Origin: a virus
Lineage: Duplodnaviria; Caudoviricetes
DNA length: 64,000 nucleotides
IMG/VR virus record: IMGVR_UViG_3300028797_002668
Coordinates: 1 to 64,000 of that record
Reading direction: 5' to 3' (one strand)
This document shows positions 7,561 to 13,725 of the stretch, piece by piece. The translations under genes were made by a program, and so were the position numbers. Each line of letters begins with the position of its first letter. Position 1 is the first letter of the stretch. The notes beneath the pieces were generated by a model. That model had not been told where the DNA came from. It saw only the letters and a program-made list of their open reading frames with translations, and searched no databases.

Positions 7561-7634
7561 TCGGCGTAGCTGAATTCGAATCAGCGACCCCTTGCGCCCA
7601 AAGCAAGTGCTCTACCAGACTGAGCTACACGCCG
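7561..7634 (-). tRNA. tRNA-Pro(TGG)
   Basis: CTTGC-TTTGGGC-GCAAG. Confidence 0.94.
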
Positions 7635-7642
7635 TTATTTCG

Positions 7643-7724
7643 CGGAAGCGGAGGGACTCGAACCCCCAAATCTTTCGACCGGCGGTTTTCAAGACCGCTC
7701 CACCACCAGTTGTGGGACGCTTCC
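7643..7724 (-). tRNA. tRNA-Ser(TGA)
   Basis: GCGGT-CTTGAAA-ACCGC; near-duplicate of the Ser(CGA) body. Confidence 0.9.
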
Positions 7725-7736
7725 AAAAAGTTTTAG

Positions 7737-7820
7737 TGCCAGTGGAGCGACTCGAACGCCCTAAGCCCAAAGGCAACGGATTTACAGTCCGTCCCGACTC
7801 ACCATCGTCGGCGCACTGGC
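7737..7820 (-). tRNA. tRNA-Tyr(GTA)
   Basis: ACGGA-CTGTAAA-TCCGT; variable arm. Confidence 0.9.
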
Positions 7821-7827
7821 ATAATAG

Positions 7828-7899
7828 CAGGGACTGAGCGATTCGAACGCCCATAGACGCTTTTGGAGAGCGCGAGACTAGCCGTTGTCCTAAATCCCT
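7828..7899 (-). tRNA. tRNA-Trp(CCA)
   Basis: GCGCT-CTCCAAA-AGCGT; G73. Confidence 0.88.
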
Positions 7900-7905
7900 A
7901 AATAG

Positions 7906-7980
7906 CTCCACTGGCACGCATCGAACGTGCAGAAAGCCGCATTAACAGTGCGGTGCGTCTACCAATTCCGCCACAGTGGA
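7906..7980 (-). tRNA. tRNA-Asn(GTT)
   Basis: CCGCA-CTGTTAA-TGCGG; G73. Confidence 0.9.
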
Positions 7981-7991
7981 ATAAAAAGTAA

Positions 7992-8067
7992 TACTCGATC
8001 TTGGATTCGAACCAAGGTTATTTCTGCTTGTAGGGCAGACGCCATAGACCGACTAGGCGAATCGAGT
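7992..8067 (-). tRNA. tRNA-Val(TAC)
   Basis: TCTGC-CCTACAA-GCAGA (C33). Confidence 0.85.
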
Positions 8068-8125
8068 GAAACACTTTCGGACAAGGTTTAATATGGTTTG
8101 CCATATCCTTCTTGGCCGATGTTAG

Positions 8126-8201
8126 CGAGGACGGCGGGATTCGAACCCGCGAAAATGTCGGTTAGACAGACCGATGTGTTAGGCCACTTCACCACATCCC
8201 C
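8126..8201 (-). tRNA. tRNA-Asp(GTC)
   Basis: TCGGT-CTGTCTA-ACCGA (U37); G73. Confidence 0.88.
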
Positions 8202-8214
8202 AAAATTTCTGTAG

Positions 8215-8286
8215 TTGCGGAGGCTGGGTTTGAACCAGCGACGCACGGATTATGATTCCGTCGCTCTACCACTGAGCTACACCGCA
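8215..8286 (-). tRNA. tRNA-Met(CAT); initiator versus elongator/Ile2 uncertain
   Basis: ACGGA-ATCATAA-TCCGT; U1-A72; lacks three consecutive G-C pairs in the anticodon stem. Confidence 0.85.
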
Positions 8287-8290
8287 ATAG

Positions 8291-8363
8291 TACCCCACGA
8301 AGGACTTGAACCTTCAACCCAAGCATTAAGAGTGCCTTGCTCTACCAGTTGAGCTAGTGAGGT
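8291..8363 (-). tRNA. tRNA-Lys(CTT)
   Basis: AGGCA-CTCTTAA-TGCTT. Confidence 0.93.
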
Positions 8364-8367
8364 ATAG

Positions 8368-8566
8368 TGGGACCGCCTGGATTCGAACCAGAGCTAGGTC
8401 ACGGATTAAGGCATCCAGACCGTGAGAGTTACCAGCTCCCACCCGCATCTCCATTTAAGAGTTCGTTAGGTCTCTGTACTACTTAAAGATATGTTGTGAT
8501 TGGTATTCACTAACCAGCAAGATTCCGTTGACTTTTTCCTACTACCATTTCTGCGGCAGCGTTCCC
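8368..8566 (-). ncRNA. 199-nt tRNA-like RNA with expanded anticodon-arm domain
   Basis: Acceptor GGGAACG/CGGTCCC-A-CTA, canonical T-arm TCTGG-TTCGAAT-CCAGG, D-like hairpin, and a long helix enclosing about 110 nt. Confidence 0.7.
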
Positions 8567-8579
8567 ATGAATTTGTTAG

Positions 8580-8652
8580 TGCCTCCCTCCCGTAACGATC
8601 GGGAATCTCAGGATTTTCAGTCCCGCGCATAGACCATCTTTGCTAGAAAGGC
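8580..8652 (-). tRNA. tRNA-Phe(GAA)
   Basis: CGGGA-CTGAAAA-TCCTG; atypical T-loop ATCGTTA. Confidence 0.85.
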
Positions 8653-8655
8653 ATA

Positions 8656-8737
8656 AAGGGTTGGGCTTCCGCGACCACTGGTTTTCAACGCCACTGCGGT
8701 TACCCCTTGACACGCGTTGTGTGGTAGGCGAACGCGT
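8656..8737 (-). ncRNA. structured intergenic RNA of unknown class
   Basis: Hairpins ACGCGTT/AACGCGT and AAGGG..CCGC/GCGG..CCCTT with loop-loop complementarity. Confidence 0.45.
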
Positions 8738-8748
8738 AGCAATTTTAG

Positions 8749-8822
8749 TGTTCGCCCCAAGACTTGAACTTGAAACCGCCTGGATATCAGCCAGGTACTC
8801 TAACCAATTGAGCTAGACGAAC
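8749..8822 (-). tRNA. tRNA-Ile(GAT)
   Basis: CCTGG-CTGATAT-CCAGG. Confidence 0.92.
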
Positions 8823-8826
8823 ATAG

Positions 8827-8900
8827 TAGCCTTGTCCGGTGTCGATCCGGATTCTCCACCGTGAAAGGGTGGTGACTTAGCCAACGTGGTCGACAAGGCC
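8827..8900 (-). tRNA. tRNA-Glu(TTC)
   Basis: CCACC-CTTTCAC-GGTGG. Confidence 0.88.
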
Positions 8901-8911
8901 AAAAGTTGTAG

Positions 8912-8983
8912 TACCTCCTCCCTTAGTCGAAAAGGGATCGTTCGGTTCGTAGCCGAGTGCTCTTCCAGTTAAGCTAAGGAGGC
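8912..8983 (-). tRNA. tRNA-Arg(ACG)
   Basis: CTCGG-CTACGAA-CCGAA; A20. Confidence 0.88.
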
Positions 8984-9003
8984 AAAATTTTATTTAAAAT
9001 TAG

Positions 9004-9076
9004 TGGATACTGATGGTGCTCGAAACCATATAGACCGGATGCGAACCGATTGCTCTTCCTCTTGAGCTACAGACCC
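9004..9076 (-). tRNA. tRNA-Ala(CGC)
   Basis: G3-U70; ATCGG-TTCGCAT-CCGGT; bulged acceptor stem. Confidence 0.8.
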
Positions 9077-9085
9077 AATATTTAG

Positions 9086-9469
9086 TGGACCGCACTGGAC
9101 TCGAACCAGCCTCGTATAGACCCCAGTCCGGGAAGTTTCACTGTTCCATCACTGATACTCGGCGTCGGCAACAACGTCGTTGGTATCTGGTAACCGCAAC
9201 CGTTAACTGAAACCTACCTAAATCTATCAGTAGATAGACCTATGTGATTTCCTACCTTGCTCATTGCTGAGTAGGACGTAACGGCACTTAATCAACCGTA
9301 TCTACGCGATATACCTAATATGCATCAAGCAATACGGCTGACTTGCCTAGTCCTACTTCCTTACGGAAGAGCCTTAACACGGTCGGCATATCGAACTAGG
9401 CATTCATTTATGTTTGCTGTTGACTACTCATTCCTATCTGTCTATACAGTGCCCTGCTTCTAGCAGCCC
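9086..9469 (-). ncRNA. ssrA: tmRNA
   Basis: 384 nt; acceptor GGGCTGC/GCGGTCC-A with G3-U70; T-arm; P2 helix GTATAGAC/GTCTATAC; resume context ATAAAT-GAA with a short ORF ending in a hairpin. Confidence 0.85.
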
Positions 9470-9480
9470 AAATAAGTTAG

Positions 9481-9554
9481 TGGATACTGACGGGACTCGA
9501 ACCCGTAAGAACGCTACATGCCATGTAGGTGCAATTCCATTCTGCCACAGACCC
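9481..9554 (-). tRNA. tRNA-Ala(GGC)
   Basis: G3-U70; CTAC-ATGGCAT-GTAG; same bulged acceptor as Ala(CGC). Confidence 0.8.
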
Positions 9555-9560
9555 ATATAA

Positions 9561-9629
9561 TGGACATACGCATTTCGATTGCGTGACCTTTCACAATAAG
9601 TGAACGCTCTTCCTACTGAGCTAATGCCC
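9561..9629 (-). tRNA. aberrant tRNA (6-bp acceptor with G3-U; 5-nt anticodon loop TTATT; could be read as Ile-TAT or pseudo-tRNA)
   Basis: Intact D-arm GCTC/GAGC and T-arm ACGCA/TGCGT; TTCAC-TTATT-GTGAA. Confidence 0.55.
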
Positions 9630-9730
9630 TAAGTTGTTTTTGTTTGTCCGTACCCATTGCTGGGTACGAACTAAAAGGGTTATCCGACTTGTCAATCTGC
9701 TGACAAGCTTCACGAGCTTGTCTTTTTTAG

Positions 9731-9802
9731 TGGAGACGAAGGAAATCGAATCCTTCCAACAACTTTGCAAGAGTCATTCGCCGCCTTGGTACATGCGCCC
9801 CC
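9731..9802 (-). tRNA. tRNA-Ala(TGC)
   Basis: GGGGGCG/CGTCTCC with G3-U70; TGACT-CTTGCAA-AGTTG; weak D-arm. Confidence 0.8.
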
Positions 9803-9818
9803 ATGTAGTCTAGTTATC

Positions 9819-9853
9819 AAAAAACCCCGGTTGCTTTTGCTGCAACCGGGGTT
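9819..9853 (-). terminator. intrinsic terminator (attenuator) directly upstream of the tRNA array
   Basis: CCCCGGTTGC-AGCAAAA-GCAACCGGGG-TTTTTT on the - strand, 16 nt before the first tRNA. Confidence 0.85.
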
Positions 9854-9893
9854 CCCATCAAACATCAACCTTCAAGGAAATCATCGGTGCAAC
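9839..9893 (-). promoter_or_regulatory. putative antiterminator hairpin
   Basis: GTTGCA-CCG-atga-TTTCC...GGGAA-ccc-CGG-t-TGCAGC; sequesters the 5' arm of the terminator and spans the leader stop codon. Confidence 0.65.
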
Positions 9894-9994
9894 TCTCTCG
9901 CCTCCCAGCAACCCGTATATGCAAACGGACGGTCAGCAACTGGTGCCAACTTACTATTGCGTTCGAGTTTAATCTGTGAGTATAAGTGTTGCAT
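9881..9994 (-). CDS. putative attenuator leader peptide MQHLYSQIKLERNSKLAPVADRPFAYTGCWEARELHR (all 20 amino acids)
   Basis: 37 sense codons, 33 distinct; lies between promoter and terminator; alternative in-frame ATG at 10027 adds MVYDFVTKKRI. Confidence 0.7.
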   Translation of the reverse strand: MQHLYSQIKLERNSKLAPVADRPFAYTGCWEARELHR

Positions 9995-10051
9995 AATTCT
10001 TTTCTTGGTTACGAAATCATACACCATGTAGATTTCTGTAATTCGCCTAAA

Positions 10052-10080
10052 AGTTTAGCAATTATTTTTCAAATTGTAAA
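10052..10080 (-). promoter_or_regulatory. sigma70-type promoter of the leader/tRNA array
   Basis: TTTACA-17 nt-TAAACT with extended -10 TG. Confidence 0.7.
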
Positions 10081-10146
10081 GGGTTTTTGCTGGTTTTTTG
10101 ATAAAAAAGTTATTTTTGCCAGAAATATGTGATTTTCATCACACTT

Positions 10147-10377
10147 TTAGTAAATATATGAGGTATAGGCGGCTTCGCCGGGAATGCATCTCTGTATTGA
10201 GAAATGTCCGGCGCCGAACTTGGCGCAACCGAAATCGAATGCACCCCCTACTGTATCGAAGGCATTGATAACTACTTGGTTGTGGATTACCAATTGTTTT
10301 CCGTTGTACTTAAGAACCAATTCATCTTGGTTCGCTATGAAATAATTAAGATCCGATTCGAAATTGTAGTTCGTCAT
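10147..10377 (-). CDS. small protein, DUF5678-like
   Basis: YFIANQDELVLKYNGKQLVIHNQVVINAFDT...FSIQ pattern. Confidence 0.6.
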   Translation of the reverse strand: MTNYNFESDLNYFIANQDELVLKYNGKQLVIHNQVVINAFDTVGGAFDFGCAKFGAGHFSIQRCIPGEAAYTSYIY

Positions 10378-10393
10378 AAATAATTAATATGTG

Positions 10394-10948
10394 TTAAAGT
10401 GCTTGTGTAAAACTAAGATCAGCCGTTATATTCAAATATGTATGTTCTGGTATAAGATTCAATGGTAGTTCAACTTTCAACGTATACAACGGGTCTAGCG
10501 TTGTTGTGTCGGAAAGATATATCTGAAATGGAAATTTAAGTGTCGTGGTGGCAACTTGCAATCCGTTCAAATCAGTCATAACATCAACCGCATAGCTGAT
10601 AACCGAGATTCCATCGTTTTCAGTTTCTTTTTGAATTCTTGCGATAACCCCATAATCACCATGTCCAATTTTTGGCGACCCACCAGTATTCTCTTTAATC
10701 CTAACAGTTGCTTCGGCTATGAAGGCTTTTCCGGTATTTCGAACAATATCGGGTAAATTTCCTAATTGAATAGACAGTCGATGATTTGATGCTTCTTGAG
10801 CACTAACGTCATAATTTAGGTTTCCATACCATCTAACTTGACCGGAAAATGGATATAATCCGATATTACGTCGAGCTTGTTCTTCGTCAACCCAATTAAA
10901 CGATTGGTTTATATTGGTACACACGTAATGGCAATCGTTGTCATTCAT
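10394..10948 (-). CDS. putative short tail fibre/receptor-binding protein
   Basis: N-terminal EEQARRNIG motif; paralog of the neighbouring gene. Confidence 0.55.
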   Translation of the reverse strand: MNDNDCHYVCTNINQSFNWVDEEQARRNIGLYPFSGQVRWYGNLNYDVSAQEASNHRLSIQLGNLPDIVRNTGKAFIAEATVRIKENTGGSPKIGHGDYGVIARIQKETENDGISVISYAVDVMTDLNGLQVATTTLKFPFQIYLSDTTTLDPLYTLKVELPLNLIPEHTYLNITADLSFTQAL

Positions 10949-10960
10949 TTAAGCAACCTC

Positions 10961-11494
10961 TTACAATGATTGAACATATTGTAGCTTAACATCAATGTTC
11001 AATATCGTGCCTACTGGAATAACACTTTGTGATGAAAATAAATATAAAGACGATGTAGAATCATCAGCAGATGATATTTCAAATTTAATTGTTGACGCAA
11101 GCGTAGGACCCCACGCCCCACCCAAATCAGAAATAATACACATCGTCTCACCCAATAGTCTGTTACCAGACTGTCGTAACTCAAGAGAAATTGCATGAGA
11201 ACCAGATATATTATATTCTCCTCCATTAATTTCTTCCGTTATATGAACAAAGGCGTTAGCAATAAATCGTCTTCCGGTTGCATTACGGATGATGGAAGGC
11301 ATCTGTGGCAACTGCACAATAACCAAATTATTACCAGCCTCGGTTGAATCAACAGTATGCTGACCATTGTACCATTGCTCTTGCCCAGCAATTGGGGAAA
11401 TAATTCCGATATTTGCTCGCGCCTGTGTCTGTTCCGCAACACTGAAATTTTGTTCAATATTGGCGCACACTTTGTTGCATTGCTGTAGACTCAT
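10961..11494 (-). CDS. putative short tail fibre/receptor-binding protein
   Basis: N-terminal EQTQARANIG motif; paralog of 10394-10948. Confidence 0.55.
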   Translation of the reverse strand: MSLQQCNKVCANIEQNFSVAEQTQARANIGIISPIAGQEQWYNGQHTVDSTEAGNNLVIVQLPQMPSIIRNATGRRFIANAFVHITEEINGGEYNISGSHAISLELRQSGNRLLGETMCIISDLGGAWGPTLASTIKFEISSADDSTSSLYLFSSQSVIPVGTILNIDVKLQYVQSL

Positions 11495-11514
11495 AATATA
11501 TGCTCCTTTACATG

Positions 11515-12678
11515 TTACGCTTTATCGCCTATGTACGTAATTATCATTCTAGGTATCGTAATTGTCGTACCATTCAACATTTGCTGAGTATGCGGTATAG
11601 TTACTGAATAAGTAGTATTAACCGTGTATTTTCTAATATTATGTATTGGAGCATACACAGTATGTTCATAAGTATAGTCAATTTGTACATGATTTATATT
11701 TCCGATCGAATTGCACAAAATAGCTACTGGAACAGACGCATATAAATCAACATCAATCCTATATACACCAGGAGCCAATGTTATAGTTCCATTATTAAAT
11801 GTAATGTGGGTCGACTGCATTTCATCTAGCGTAAATGTCGAGAATACCAAATCAGTCGAATCACTGAATGTCCCAGCAGTAGTCTGTGTAAATTTACCGT
11901 AATCAGCGGTAACACTCACCACGTTGAGATTATCCAGTTTCTCTTTGTCGGCAGCGCTCATGAATCCGGCGCTACCTCCAGTTCCACTAGTTGACGCAAC
12001 GGCAACGGCATGCGAATGATTACCAGCGGCAGCCGTCGTAGCCGAAGTTCCAATGAAGTCACCCCATGCACCAGTCTTCTTCAATATCTTGTTAGACCCG
12101 TTGGTCGTATCAAACGCCAGCGAGGACCTGGCAACCTTGTCGTTCGATGCCTCTGTTATTACAAGATATTGGTTACTTGCACTGGACACAGATGAGGTAA
12201 GCGCACCGCCATTGGTTATGTTGCCGTGCGAATGATCACCGGCTGCCGCAGTTGACGAAGTTGTACCTAGTTGGACAATACCTTTTGCGGACGTACTAGC
12301 CTCTGGTAAGTTAGCCTTAGAGATGGAAATCTTTCCGATAGAGTTTTGAGATACTGCCGATATAAAACTGGTAGCCGTTCCTGAAGATGAGGGTGTACTC
12401 GTCGATAAATCATTTACAACGACGTTGCCACTATTATCAGTTACTACTGAGCGGTTGGGAGTAGTTGCCTTTATTGCTGACAAGTTCAGTTCTGAACTGG
12501 TAAGTTGCAAGTTCTTATTATTATCATAAGAAACACCAGACACAAAGTTATTAGCACCGACCGACTTAACGAAATCTGTTGACAATCCAATATTTTTCTG
12601 TGCACGTGCTCGGTCATCGGCTACGAGCGAGCTAGACTGGTCGACACTCCACAAAACCGATGTATTCTTCTTAGACAT
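11515..12678 (-). CDS. tail fibre protein
   Basis: ASTSAKGIVQL, two AAAGxHSH motifs, GFMSAADKEKLD; late promoter at 12707-12714. Confidence 0.75.
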   Translation of the reverse strand: MSKKNTSVLWSVDQSSSLVADDRARAQKNIGLSTDFVKSVGANNFVSGVSYDNNKNLQLTSSELNLSAIKATTPNRSVVTDNSGNVVVNDLSTSTPSSSGTATSFISAVSQNSIGKISISKANLPEASTSAKGIVQLGTTSSTAAAGDHSHGNITNGGALTSSVSSASNQYLVITEASNDKVARSSLAFDTTNGSNKILKKTGAWGDFIGTSATTAAAGNHSHAVAVASTSGTGGSAGFMSAADKEKLDNLNVVSVTADYGKFTQTTAGTFSDSTDLVFSTFTLDEMQSTHITFNNGTITLAPGVYRIDVDLYASVPVAILCNSIGNINHVQIDYTYEHTVYAPIHNIRKYTVNTTYSVTIPHTQQMLNGTTITIPRMIITYIGDKA

Positions 12679-12777
12679 ACTAAACCGCCAGAATCATTCA
12701 ACTCGTAGTTTATAATATTACGACAAAGAAAGAACCGCTTGGTACACCCAAGCGGTTCATTTCTATTTAGAATACGT

Positions 12778-13668
12778 CTAGGCTAGCTGTCGCTTCCGAG
12801 CGAGCACTTTCTGGAGAGTTGCCTTCTGGAGCATATTCATGCGGTCGCGAGCTTTACCGACGGTCTGGCCGTTAGGTTCCCCTAGAATACTTTTCATGAC
12901 TTGTTCGTTGGTATCGGATTGTCCGTAACCATTGAGAGATTTCTCGTCAAACCATTTGGCTCCGTTGTCAATCGCACCTACTACGTCGGCAATAGTCTTA
13001 ACCACATCGGAATCTTTGTCCGTACCGAGCTTGCGGTTCATGTATATCTGAAGCAAACGCTTGAGATTTTGGACAGTGACCTCGTTTGCGGAGCCTTGAC
13101 CGCCGGATAGTCGGTTAGCGATGTCGTCGCCGTTCGTAGACCGGAGGTTGGTGGCCATGTCGTCGATATAACTATCCACGAACTGGGAAGCTTTATCAGA
13201 ATTAGCTAGATATTCGTTGACATCCATCGGGTCGAGTCCGTATATCTTGGAAATCGTGTCGACTAGTTCCTCGATAAGTCTATCAGTAGGTGCTATTTGG
13301 CTTTCCTTCTCGGCATCCTCACCAGCTTGGTTAGCGAATGCATCTGGGTCGGTGATATCGGTAGACGGGTCGTCGATGCTTCCGGTAATGTCATCAGCAG
13401 ACTGTGAGGAACGGCTGTAATTCTCTTTACCCAAAATAGTATCGATGCCTTCCGGGTCGGCGGTTTCCTTGCCGAAAATAGACTTGTAATTAGCGTCATC
13501 ATCAGTCTTGGCGACAGTCTTGCGTATAGACGGTTTTGACATACCGCCAAAGGATAGACCTTCGAACATGGAGTCGATACCGCAGATGCTGGCAAGCTGG
13601 GTCACGCATTCGATTTGGGATTTAGTAAGACCGAGTTCTGGTCTAGTAAGGTATTCGGATGCCTTCAT
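12778..13668 (-). CDS. acidic hypothetical protein, possible head protein
   Basis: Late promoter at 13699-13706; MFEG possible processing site. Confidence 0.6.
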   Translation of the reverse strand: MKASEYLTRPELGLTKSQIECVTQLASICGIDSMFEGLSFGGMSKPSIRKTVAKTDDDANYKSIFGKETADPEGIDTILGKENYSRSSQSADDITGSIDDPSTDITDPDAFANQAGEDAEKESQIAPTDRLIEELVDTISKIYGLDPMDVNEYLANSDKASQFVDSYIDDMATNLRSTNGDDIANRLSGGQGSANEVTVQNLKRLLQIYMNRKLGTDKDSDVVKTIADVVGAIDNGAKWFDEKSLNGYGQSDTNEQVMKSILGEPNGQTVGKARDRMNMLQKATLQKVLARKRQLA

Positions 13669-13725
13669 AGCAAAAACCTGTGGGTGTCATTTCCCACAAG
13701 TTTATATGTTCGACTATATTTTTAA

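Noticed and set aside
8018-8104. ORF MANHIKPCPKVFH... starting in the Asp-Val spacer as another leader peptide
   Set aside because: The SD is too close to the ATG, the start is buried in a hairpin and the frame runs through tRNA-Val; there is no codon enrichment.
8368-8566. Group I intron-containing tRNA or tRNA-Sec
   Set aside because: The insert of about 110 nt is too short and has no recognisable P7 core; there is no TCA anticodon or Sec-type arm arrangement.
9086-9469. tRNA-Ala with a group I intron
   Set aside because: No D-stem or anticodon halves; the P2 helix, short linker to the T-arm and tag ORF fit tmRNA better.
5400-10031. ORF-track entries overlapping the tRNA array (for example 5400-5603, 7612-7917, 9765-10031)
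   Set aside because: They overlap tRNA genes or lie antisense to the leader and are spurious.
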